Assembly: GCA_007693605.1 (NCBI GenBank)
Contig: REDG01000040.1
Coordinates: 1-57,685 of the forward strand
Direction of reading: 5' to 3'
Length of the DNA stretch: 57,685 nt
Origin: Bradymonadales bacterium
Lineage (GTDB): Bacteria; Bdellovibrionota; UBA2394
Below are positions 38,122-46,299 of this stretch, one piece after another. The notes under the pieces are model-generated. The model was not told the origin of the DNA. It did no database searches and saw only the letters and a program-made list of their open reading frames with translations. The translations under genes were made by a program, and so were the position numbers. Every line of letters begins with the position of its first letter. Positions within the stretch are counted from its first letter, which is position 1.

Positions 38122-38562
38122 TTGAGAGAAACGGAGGGCTTTCCTGAGGCAGATGCCGCAGTGGAATATATGGACCCGCCCGTCGTGCAAGTAGAAAATC
38201 ATCAGAAGAGGAAAGCTTGGGGCATCAAATCTGAGAATCTGGAGGGCAGTCGGAGGCGGGCTGCTTCCGCTACGGAAGCTGTTTCTCCCGGGGGTCGCCA
38301 AGAGGCAGTCGTACAAGCCAAAAGCAACCGAAGTCGGTATATTCCAAAAGCTGTTCGTGCAGTGGTTTGGGAGAGAGATGCTGGGGCTTGTGTTTTTGTG
38401 GAGCCCGGATCGGGGAGGGCTTGTGGGTCGAGCTTTGGCCTGGAGTGGGATCATTTGCGGGAGTTTTCAAGAGGGGGAGACTCGAGTGAGGCGAATCTTA
38501 GGCTGCTTTGTCGGCAGCATAATAATCGGAGGCGAATTTGGGAGACGGCCTCACAGCTTTAG
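38122..38562 (+). CDS. HNH endonuclease (zinc-binding McrA-like HNH domain), possibly N-terminally truncated
   Basis: SRYIPKAVRAVVWERDAGAC...C...LEWDH...GG...NLRLLCRQHN. Start uncertain (TTG 38122 or ATG 38170). Confidence 0.85.
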   Translation: MRETEGFPEADAAVEYMDPPVVQVENHQKRKAWGIKSENLEGSRRRAASATEAVSPGGRQEAVVQAKSNRSRYIPKAVRAVVWERDAGACVFVEPGSGRACGSSFGLEWDHLREFSRGGDSSEANLRLLCRQHNNRRRIWETASQL

Positions 38563-38758
38563 GACCCGATCCACTGAGCCGGGCTTGGTAATGAGCAATG
38601 GCTTCCGACGGGCGTTCTGACTCGGGGATCGTTCGGTAGTCGGGCTTTTGGGTGGCCATGGCAGAGGACCTCTTAAGTTTCTCTTTTTCAACTAGTTTTC
38701 TCTTTGATGGGGGGCTTGGGCGTGTTATAGCCCGCAGCAAAGGAGCCACGACACAGCT

Positions 38759-40357
38759 ATGCGCGCATCGATCTTTCCTCAATTATTTGTTTTTACGATG
38801 ATATTTGGACTAGGAGGGGCCTATCTCTTTGACCGCCCTGTTCTGGCCGAGCCTGAAGGGAGTATTCAGGCGGGAGAGACTTGGATGGGCTTGCGGGCTC
38901 CAGGGCCGAACCCTGTTTATTCTGGATCGGAGTGGGATCGACCTGAAGGCCTTCAGGATCTCTTCTTTCGAAGTCTTCAGTTTCAAGAGAGCCTAGACGG
39001 GGAGCGAGACGGGAAAAATGCAGAGCTTATGGTAAGGAGAGGGGCCCGCTTTCAAGGTAAAGAAGTTGGTTTAAGTGACTGGGATCAAAGGCATTGGCAC
39101 CCACGAAAACCCAGAGAGCTTTTGAATCCATTGGGTGAGCAACTCGAGGAACTTTCGGACTTTTTCCTACTGGTGGAACTTAACTGGAATCGAATTGCTT
39201 TAGCGGGGAAGGCCGAAGAGGCTACGGAACTTGATCTATGGTCTGTGGAAAAAATCGAGCGAGAGGCTCTGCTCTCTCGGGCTGCAGAGCTTGGTCAGCT
39301 TTCCGCTCTTGTGGGCTTAGATTCGGAAGAAGGAATGGAACAAAGGACCGAGCTTTTAACTTTCTCCTTATCTTGGCAGAAGCATTTAGAGCTTCTTGAA
39401 GGATTCATCGGGCTTCATGCTCACGGGAGAGCTGTTTTAAATAGGCACTTGGAAAACGAACGAGCTTCCTTTCGAGTCGTCGAGGAACTGTTGAAGGACA
39501 CGGGACATGCGGTTTCGAGGGGTTTACGGGAAGCAGAATCCAGATTTCGGGGTGAAACGAGGGGGCCAAGCCAAAACACATCAGACCTATGGAAAGGGCG
39601 AACCTTGGAGTCCAAGCTCCAAAAGGTAATCAGAGATGTCGGCGTTGAGATCGGAAACTTGCTTCAACAGCTCTGGTCTCATGGTCAATTCGACCCGCCA
39701 AAGGCCTCAAAGGAGCACTTCATCAGTGAACTCATCGCAGCCAGTCGAAGTCGACTGAAGCTTTCGTCTGCCAGTCTTGATAGGGCTGAGATAGATTCTT
39801 TTTTGAGATTGATTGACCATGAACTGGCGGCTGCCCGCCTTCTTGCCTGGGCCCTTGAGAATAGGGTCGGGACTCAGCTTGAAAGTCTCGTCACTCGTTC
39901 GATTGTCGAGTTGAATCAAGAGTTGAAGAGTAAACAAAATCTGACGAAGAGCTTTCAAGGAGAGGCCTTGGTTCTGGCGGTGCTCGACTGGAGTCTTGAA
40001 GAAATTGAAAGCTTGGCTTCTGAGGCCAGAAAGATACTCGCTGGCGAGCGGGAACCCGTGGGTGCAGAGAATTTTGATTTCAGATTTTTGAGGGGCCCAC
40101 TCGCAAAGACGGATTCAGGCCTGCTTCCGAAGAAGCGGATTTCGGTAGGGCCAAAGAATTGGGTCATCGCCTTCGAACCCCGTTATGATGCATCCACTCG
40201 GCACTATTCTGTTCGAGTGCAGCCTTTGAGCCGTTATGAAGAGGCGGCGATCAAGGGCTTTGGCTCGGGCTTTGCTCGAATACGCGAGGAAGTGCTTCTT
40301 GACCCCTCGATCATTCGCTTTCCGACTCGCGAAGAACTCGAGAGAGAATATCGGTAG
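38759..40357 (+). CDS. Exported, helical hypothetical protein
   Basis: 532-aa ORF with a hydrophobic N-terminal signal (...PVLA-E) and AAGGAG upstream. No family recognised. Confidence 0.7.
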   Translation: MRASIFPQLFVFTMIFGLGGAYLFDRPVLAEPEGSIQAGETWMGLRAPGPNPVYSGSEWDRPEGLQDLFFRSLQFQESLDGERDGKNAELMVRRGARFQGKEVGLSDWDQRHWHPRKPRELLNPLGEQLEELSDFFLLVELNWNRIALAGKAEEATELDLWSVEKIEREALLSRAAELGQLSALVGLDSEEGMEQRTELLTFSLSWQKHLELLEGFIGLHAHGRAVLNRHLENERASFRVVEELLKDTGHAVSRGLREAESRFRGETRGPSQNTSDLWKGRTLESKLQKVIRDVGVEIGNLLQQLWSHGQFDPPKASKEHFISELIAASRSRLKLSSASLDRAEIDSFLRLIDHELAAARLLAWALENRVGTQLESLVTRSIVELNQELKSKQNLTKSFQGEALVLAVLDWSLEEIESLASEARKILAGEREPVGAENFDFRFLRGPLAKTDSGLLPKKRISVGPKNWVIAFEPRYDASTRHYSVRVQPLSRYEEAAIKGFGSGFARIREEVLLDPSIIRFPTREELEREYR

Positions 40358-40459
40358 TCCCTCAGACAGGATCGATGCCATAGCTTTGCGGGACTCTCAA
40401 GCGAGGGAAGCCTATCCGCAAGGCTGACTCGGCTGAGCCCAGAGAATAGATCAAAGTCC

Positions 40460-40813
40460 CTAAGCTTGTAGTTTCAACTGAAGTGAAAGAATTTCTCGGT
40501 CGCCTGATTTTGCAAGAAGGCTGATCGTCTCATCCCTCTCGCCCGTGAGTTCTACCTGCAGCTTCTCGCCCTGGTAGAGTTTGTCTTTAAACTTCGTCTC
40601 AATCAGTTGAAGCTTTTGAAGCGAATATCCAAAACTCTCCACTGCTGAAAGTGAGAGACCTAAGCTCAGCATTCCATGTGCAATCGGGCGTTCTAGACCT
40701 GCGGCCCTAGCGGCTTCAGCACTCAGATGAATCGGATTGTGATCGCCGCTGGCTTCGGCATAGGCTTCAATCATCTCCTTTGTGATCGTGATTTCAAATC
40801 TTTCAGACGGCAT
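40460..40813 (-). CDS. MaoC-family (R)-hydratase/dehydratase (catalytic hot-dog subunit)
   Basis: YAEASGDHNPIH...IAHGML hydratase-2 motif. Confidence 0.9.
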   Translation of the reverse strand: MPSERFEITITKEMIEAYAEASGDHNPIHLSAEAARAAGLERPIAHGMLSLGLSLSAVESFGYSLQKLQLIETKFKDKLYQGEKLQVELTGERDETISLLAKSGDREILSLQLKLQA

Positions 40814-41201
40814 GGAGGTCTCCGGTGATCAAAATTTGAGAGTCTGCTGTCATGATTCTCTTACGATCATTCTCTCGATAGAATTCATTTTCAAAGTCTA
40901 GAAAGTGCATAGCTCGTCGGCTTCGCAGGCGAACCAGTCGGCTCTGAGAAAAATATCGCCCTGGAATTTCTAAGGCTTCGAAAATCTCTATCTTTTGCCC
41001 GGTATGCAGAAGTTTCGGAAGGTTGAGTTTTAGCTCATCAAACAACTCAAACATTCCTCGAAAGGATCGGGCGATCACAATGGGGTGGTAGTCCGCCCGT
41101 GACTCTTGCTGAAAAGACTTCCAGAACAAACGAAGTTCCTTTTCTGTGATCTCGAGATGATGCTCTGAGCTAGAGACGGGTAGCGACTCGGCTAAATTCA
41201 T
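40803..41201 (-). CDS. MaoC-like N-terminal / HadA-like non-catalytic hot-dog subunit
   Basis: LLHTGQKIEIFEAL motif; overlaps the MaoC gene; ATG 41201 overlaps the DGC stop (ATGA). Confidence 0.65.
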   Translation of the reverse strand: MNLAESLPVSSSEHHLEITEKELRLFWKSFQQESRADYHPIVIARSFRGMFELFDELKLNLPKLLHTGQKIEIFEALEIPGRYFSQSRLVRLRSRRAMHFLDFENEFYRENDRKRIMTADSQILITGDLHAV

Positions 41202-42103
41202 TGCCCATCGATTAAGCAATGCACGCGATTTCGTCCAGCCTTCTTTGCCTCATAAAGGTACTCGTCAGCCTTTTTAATGAGGTCCTTGGGCGTTTTGAAG
41301 TTGTCATTCTGAAGTGTGGCCACCCCCAGAGATAGGGTGGTGGGAATTTTCTTTCCTTCAAACAAAAAGCTATGACCTTCGACCACCTGTCTCAGCCTTT
41401 CCGCAAAGCTCTTTGCTCCGGGAAGGGAGGTCTCTCTGAGTAAAAAGACAACCTCCTCTCCACCATACCGACCAGCCACATCTCCCTTTCTCAGAAGGTT
41501 TCGCATGATGATCCCGAGATCTCTCAAGATTTGATCTCCGGCCAGATGTCCATAGGTATCATTGGTCTTCTTGAAATGGTCAATGTCTCCCATGACGACA
41601 GAGAGAGGCTTCTTGGTTCGGCGATGAAACTGAAACTCAATATCGAGTTGCTCACTAAAATGTCTTTTCGATGCGATTCCCATCAAGGAGTCGCGGGTGG
41701 CCGATTCGTAGAGCTCCTTTTGAATATTCGATTCAAACTCATCTTGAAGAACAAACTTCAGTACGGTACTCGATCCCAACTGAATTTTATCTCCCTTTTC
41801 CAGAATCTGATCTTTGATTTTATCTCCGTTGACCCATGTTCCGTTTGAAGATCCGAGGTCCACCAACTGCCATTGATCCTCATTCACCTGCACAATGCGA
41901 CAATGGTTTCGGCTGATACTGCCTTCTTGAAAAACCAGGTCACACTCACTCGCGCGACCCAGCATCCACTCCTTTCTGGAGTCGAGTTTGATGCTTCGCC
42001 CTGCGCTGGTACCCGTCAATACAATTAGGAAGGGCTCACTCTCGGCTGGAATCTCTCCGGCAATAGAAGCGATGCTCGTGGTTTGATCTTGTTCGTCATC
42101 CAC
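41198..42103 (-). CDS. FHA-GGDEF diguanylate cyclase (Bdellovibrio DgcB-like architecture)
   Basis: FHA motifs GR...SISRNH...DLGSSNGTWVNG; GGDEF motifs DIDHFKKTNDTYGH and RYGGEE; RKGD I-site; N-terminal acidic tail containing TT. Confidence 0.92.
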   Translation of the reverse strand: MDDEQDQTTSIASIAGEIPAESEPFLIVLTGTSAGRSIKLDSRKEWMLGRASECDLVFQEGSISRNHCRIVQVNEDQWQLVDLGSSNGTWVNGDKIKDQILEKGDKIQLGSSTVLKFVLQDEFESNIQKELYESATRDSLMGIASKRHFSEQLDIEFQFHRRTKKPLSVVMGDIDHFKKTNDTYGHLAGDQILRDLGIIMRNLLRKGDVAGRYGGEEVVFLLRETSLPGAKSFAERLRQVVEGHSFLFEGKKIPTTLSLGVATLQNDNFKTPKDLIKKADEYLYEAKKAGRNRVHCLIDGQ

Positions 42104-42190
42104 GCTCTCATTTTATCCCTGTTTATTTAATAAGCTCCAGTTAAAAACAAGATCTTCTTGTTGGAGTCTAAACAAGGCTCACTGCCCGAA

Positions 42191-42211
42191 AGGGGAGTGT
42201 CGCTAAAGGCC
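42191..42211 (+). repeat. Isolated left-arm fragment of the 128-bp palindromic element
   Basis: AGGGGAGTGTCGCTAAAGGCC resembles the left arm at 24048 and is near-complementary to the right-arm variant at 65-85. Confidence 0.6.
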
Positions 42212-42216
42212 TTAGG

Positions 42217-43881
42217 CTACTGGGTTCGAATGATTTGTGTCAAAAACGGAGCGCCACGCGTCGAAACAGAGATGCGGGGCTCTGACGAAACATGGCCAGG
42301 CAGAATGAAGCGGTAGACGGCGATGCCGGAGGCTCGAAGATTTTGGGTCTGACTGCTTTGCAGCAGTGGAATGTCCGCCTCTAAGGGGTGAAAGTAGGGT
42401 GAGACTACAAAAGGAATTTCTTCAGCAGCCGCAAAGCGATCCAGAATATGAATGCCTTGAGTGTTGCCTCCTTCTTGCTCGAGCGGGGGAGTGAAATTCC
42501 TTACCCCCTCAAGACTATGAAGAGCCAAAATCCAAGATCGAAAGAATTGGGAGAGAAACTCAAACTCTCGTTCGTTGAAGTGATTGGCGATGTTTCTGAT
42601 TCCCACTTCAGGGGAGTCAATCAAGCCCTTCAGAGTGTTCAGGGTTCTGGTGTCGTCACGCCTTAGCCGACTTGCATTTCTTGCATGCACGAAGTCGAGC
42701 AAGAGAATATTGATGCCTCGGCTACGAAAGTCGTTTGAGTTGTCTGTGGCCAACTCATGGGCCAAAGTTGTCCCCATGGGGTTTCTCAAAAAGGAGAGCC
42801 GATGCTTGAAGACCTCTTGATAGCGCTCACTCAATTCTTCGTAGTGATGAGATTTTGCTTCATTGATTCCTGAGGACTCCATTCTCAGTCCGCTCATATC
42901 TCGGTAATCAAAGCTTGATCTCTTTTCCAGAACCTTTCGGTCAAAGTTGTAGGCATGTTGGTACTCATGAACGCTGGTCGAACAAAACTGTTGCTCTCTT
43001 CGGGGGAAGTTTTGAGATCGGAAGAGAGCGCTTGAAACATAAAGAGTTTGAGCGAAATTGCTGTCGATCAAGGGCTGGCCTCGAAAGTGTGAAAAGCGAT
43101 CTAGATGTTGAAACATTCCAAGCACGCCTGGCTTTTCGAAAGGAATGATCAGCAGGTCTATACCGGTCTTGCCTCGGGGCTTTAAGGGGCCCAGAACTTC
43201 CTTCATCCACTGTATTTCTTGATGGGCGCACTCGACGCCATCGAGATATCGATTGATAATCGTTTGTCGGGCTGCGGCGTTGCTTGGAATATCTTCGGGT
43301 AGAAGTTCTCCGGTCAAATGGGCCCTAAGAGATCCGCTCACTTCGTAGATCGGCTCCATCGGCAGCTTTCTACCTCGAGTTTGTATATTATTGCTTTCGC
43401 GCACGAACCAGTTCGTTCTTTCGCCCGAGTTGGGATCAAGGCTTCCGTAGTCTTGGGGGTCTGGAATATAGAATGAGGTGTTAAAACTCGGACCAAAGAT
43501 GTTCGCGGGGCCTGGCAGGTTGAAATGCAAATAGTGGTTGCTTGCAAAGCTGACACTTCTGGCTCGAACCCGATGAGTCAGTCGAGCCTCCTCAGGATGA
43601 AGAGGGGCCGAAGAGGGTTGGCTTTGAACGAGGAAGGAGTCTCTCGACAGATCTTCGTGCCGAAGCTCGCTGTTATTGAAGACCACAAGATAAAACTCAG
43701 AGCCTGCCAAGTTCTCGCCTTCGAGTCTCCACTCGAACTTTCCCCCTCGAAAGCTGGCCTGACAAGACTGGCCCACTGAAATCTGGCAGTTTTCGGATTG
43801 AAAAGCCAGAAAGCCAGCATCGGAGCAGGCACTCAAAAAGAGGACCAAAGCGAGCTGCCAAGTCGATTTGAAAGAGGACAT
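42217..43881 (-). CDS. Lipoprotein zinc metallopeptidase (HExxH...E, gluzincin/M30-like)
   Basis: Lipobox LSAC; SVHEYQHAYN; downstream GINEAKS with the third-ligand Glu. Confidence 0.75.
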   Translation of the reverse strand: MSSFKSTWQLALVLFLSACSDAGFLAFQSENCQISVGQSCQASFRGGKFEWRLEGENLAGSEFYLVVFNNSELRHEDLSRDSFLVQSQPSSAPLHPEEARLTHRVRARSVSFASNHYLHFNLPGPANIFGPSFNTSFYIPDPQDYGSLDPNSGERTNWFVRESNNIQTRGRKLPMEPIYEVSGSLRAHLTGELLPEDIPSNAAARQTIINRYLDGVECAHQEIQWMKEVLGPLKPRGKTGIDLLIIPFEKPGVLGMFQHLDRFSHFRGQPLIDSNFAQTLYVSSALFRSQNFPRREQQFCSTSVHEYQHAYNFDRKVLEKRSSFDYRDMSGLRMESSGINEAKSHHYEELSERYQEVFKHRLSFLRNPMGTTLAHELATDNSNDFRSRGINILLLDFVHARNASRLRRDDTRTLNTLKGLIDSPEVGIRNIANHFNEREFEFLSQFFRSWILALHSLEGVRNFTPPLEQEGGNTQGIHILDRFAAAEEIPFVVSPYFHPLEADIPLLQSSQTQNLRASGIAVYRFILPGHVSSEPRISVSTRGAPFLTQIIRTQ

Positions 43882-43895
43882 TTCCTGTACAAAGG

Positions 43896-43911
43896 AGCAA
43901 GGAGCGTGCCA
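43896..43911 (-). promoter_or_regulatory. Sigma54 -24/-12 promoter (consensus)
   Basis: Minus strand TGGCAC-GCTCC-TTGCT, 14 bp before ATG 43881. An AT-rich tract lies at about 43921-43950. Confidence 0.8.
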
Positions 43912-43991
43912 GGGCTCCTCTTCAAAAATTCAATAAATTCGTGGATTTAAGCCGAAATCTCACGCATAAATGGGGCAAAGGAGGGGCGGCT

Positions 43992-44453
43992 TTGTCGCAG
44001 TTTCCCGATGAGCAAGAGGCGCTTCAGTTTCGGAAGATTCTTCCGAAAGAGGCCGAAAAGCTCTATCAGCTGGAGCTTCAGCTCTACCCAGAGGCCTGGA
44101 GCTTAGAGCTTATTCGACAGAGTCTAGAGGCCCCACTGTCTTATTCTGAGGGGGTCTTTGATCGGGAAGAGCTTTTGGGCTATTGTTTGGCTCAAATCTA
44201 TTCGGAAGAGGCCCACCTTTTAAATCTCGCAGTGGCCTCTGAATGGCAGACCCGCGGCCTTGGAGCTCAACTCTTGGACCGCCTGATTGATCGCTTAAAG
44301 GAGCGGGCTTGCACGAGCCTGCTTTTGGAGGTCAGGCCGTCCAACCAAAGGGCAAGACAGCTCTATGAGTCGAGGGCCTTTGAGTTTTTGATGAGCCGAG
44401 ACCATTATTATTCAGACGGAGAGGCGGCTTTGGTTTTAATCAAAAGACTCTGA
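43992..44453 (+). CDS. rimI: Ribosomal-protein-alanine N-acetyltransferase (GNAT)
   Basis: EAHLLNLAV...RGLG, LEVRPSN..A..LYE and YY.DGE.A motifs. TTG 43992 follows AAGGAGG. Confidence 0.88.
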   Translation: MSQFPDEQEALQFRKILPKEAEKLYQLELQLYPEAWSLELIRQSLEAPLSYSEGVFDREELLGYCLAQIYSEEAHLLNLAVASEWQTRGLGAQLLDRLIDRLKERACTSLLLEVRPSNQRARQLYESRAFEFLMSRDHYYSDGEAALVLIKRL

Positions 44454-44523
44454 GATTTCTGATACTTTTTTATTGCCAGCCGTTGGTCGCCTTATGTAAA
44501 CCTGTGGGCAACTTCTGTAGGAT

Positions 44524-44568
44524 CGTCCGTCACAGGGGCCCAAAGGGCCCTTTCTTTTTGTGAGGATG
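44524..44568 (+). promoter_or_regulatory. rimP-leader-like hairpin / attenuator ahead of nusA
   Basis: GGGCCC-AAA-GGGCCC followed by TTTCTTTT, nested within CGTCC-TCACA / TGTGA-GGATG pairing. Confidence 0.55.
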
Positions 44569-44651
44569 TTTCTAGAGAGAGGTGAAGAGTCGACCGAGAA
44601 GGGATCTGGTCGTTTGTGTTAAAAACCCGAGTCGTTAGAGGAAATTAGAGA

Positions 44652-46292
44652 ATGTTTGAGAATTTAAAGAATGTCATCGAACAGGTCGGCAAGGAAGAGG
44701 GAATCGATAAGAAAATTCTGATCGAAGCCATCGAAGATGCGATGTTAACCGTGGCTCGAAAGCATTTTGGCTTTCATCGAGATATTGAAGCCAAGCTCAA
44801 TGAAGAGACTGGTGTCATCGAGCTGCACGAGTTTAAGACGGTGGTCGACGAGTTGTTTGACGATGAGATTGAGCTTTCGGTGGAGCAGGCCAGAGAGTTA
44901 GATCCTGATGCTCAGGCTGGGGACTCCATCGGATTTACTATCGACGCAACAGAGTTGGGCCGAATTGCCGCTCAAACGGCGAAGCAAGTGATCATTCAAA
45001 AAGTTCGCGAAGCCAAGAAAGAAATTGTCTTCAAAGAGTACAGCAATCGAAAGCACGAGGTGGTGACTGGGATTGTGAGAAAAATCGAGAGGGGCGATCT
45101 GATTGTGGATCTTGGTAAGACCGAAGCCATTGTGCCGAGGCGACAGCAGATTCCTGGTGAGATTTATAAGCCTGGTGATCGTGTTCAGGGAGTGATTATC
45201 GAGGTTCATGATATTTCAAAAGGGCCACAGATTGTGATGTCGCGAACGGATGAGAACTATTTGATCAAGCTCTTTGAGATGGAAGTCCCTGAGATTTACG
45301 AGGGCATTGTTTCGATTCAGGCCGCAGCTAGAGAGCCTGGGGTTCGAGCCAAAATTGCCGTTGTCTCAAAAGACCCCGATGTCGACGCTGTGGGAGCCTG
45401 TGTCGGAGTCAAAGGAAGTCGGGTTCAAAGTGTGGTGACCAATCTAAGGGGAGAGCGAATTGATGTGATTGATTATCAGGCAGACCCCATTCGCTTTGTT
45501 TGTGAGGCAATTCGTCCGGCTCAAGTGAGTCGAATCCGGCTGAATGAGACGGCAAAGAGCATGGAGCTAATTGTCGGAGATGACCAGTTGTCCGTGGCGA
45601 TCGGCAAGCGCGGTCAAAATGTTCGTCTCGCTTCAAAGATTACAGGCTGGAAACTAGACATTACTTCAGAGAGTGATGTCATGCGAAGGGCCGAGGGTGG
45701 AAAGATTCCTCTTCGGTTGATTCCAGGACTGGGCGAGGCCAACGCTGAGGTCTTATCAGGCCAAGGCATGGAAGTGGCAGAAGACTTGATCGGCGCTGAC
45801 GAAGAAAAGCTGGGAAGTGTGCAGGGCTTTGGGCTGGATGAAATCAAAAGATTACAGTCTTTGGTTTTGTTGTTTACTGAAGAGCGAGCAAAAACCTTGT
45901 CGACTCTCAAGAATCACTTTCGACATGATGTCGATACCATGGAGTTTTTAGATACTTTAACCGACAGTCAGCTTTCTCTTCTCAAGGTACCAGGAATTGG
46001 CATTAAGATTCTTAGACATCTAAAAATATCTGGGATCGAAAGTGTCGAGGACTTGGTTTCTCAAAAAGCTGAAGATTTGGCGATGAAGTTAGCATTGCCC
46101 GATGATGAGGCCGCCCTGATTCTTCAGACGGCAAAAGATTGGGTGCAGAGGCGAGAGTCGCGCCCCCCTGAAGAAAAACTGGCTGACTTGAAAGGTTTGG
46201 AACAGTCCGTCTTAGATATGTCGTTGGATGAGCCAGAAGAAGAAACTGAGGCCGAAGAGGCCTCTCTGGAAAAGTCAACGGGAGGAAGATAA
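44652..46292 (+). CDS. nusA: Transcription factor NusA with C-terminal HhH/acidic repeats
   Basis: GRIAAQTAKQVI, AREPG.RAKIAV, GACVG.KGSRV and AIGKRGQNVRLA motifs. Confidence 0.98.
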   Translation: MFENLKNVIEQVGKEEGIDKKILIEAIEDAMLTVARKHFGFHRDIEAKLNEETGVIELHEFKTVVDELFDDEIELSVEQARELDPDAQAGDSIGFTIDATELGRIAAQTAKQVIIQKVREAKKEIVFKEYSNRKHEVVTGIVRKIERGDLIVDLGKTEAIVPRRQQIPGEIYKPGDRVQGVIIEVHDISKGPQIVMSRTDENYLIKLFEMEVPEIYEGIVSIQAAAREPGVRAKIAVVSKDPDVDAVGACVGVKGSRVQSVVTNLRGERIDVIDYQADPIRFVCEAIRPAQVSRIRLNETAKSMELIVGDDQLSVAIGKRGQNVRLASKITGWKLDITSESDVMRRAEGGKIPLRLIPGLGEANAEVLSGQGMEVAEDLIGADEEKLGSVQGFGLDEIKRLQSLVLLFTEERAKTLSTLKNHFRHDVDTMEFLDTLTDSQLSLLKVPGIGIKILRHLKISGIESVEDLVSQKAEDLAMKLALPDDEAALILQTAKDWVQRRESRPPEEKLADLKGLEQSVLDMSLDEPEEETEAEEASLEKSTGGR

Positions 46293-46299
46293 AAGGCCT

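Noticed and set aside
38122..38562. IscB, Cas9 or group II intron-type HNH
   Set aside because: Only 146 aa, with no RuvC, PLMP, bridge-helix or reverse transcriptase motifs.
40382..40425. Hairpin AGCTTTGCGG...CCGCAAGGCT between convergent genes
   Set aside because: Imperfect, no U-tract and seen only once; at most an ordinary 3' end structure.
45700..46292. Long NusA C-terminal extension as a novel fusion
   Set aside because: It matches the known HhH/acidic-repeat tail of proteobacterial NusA.
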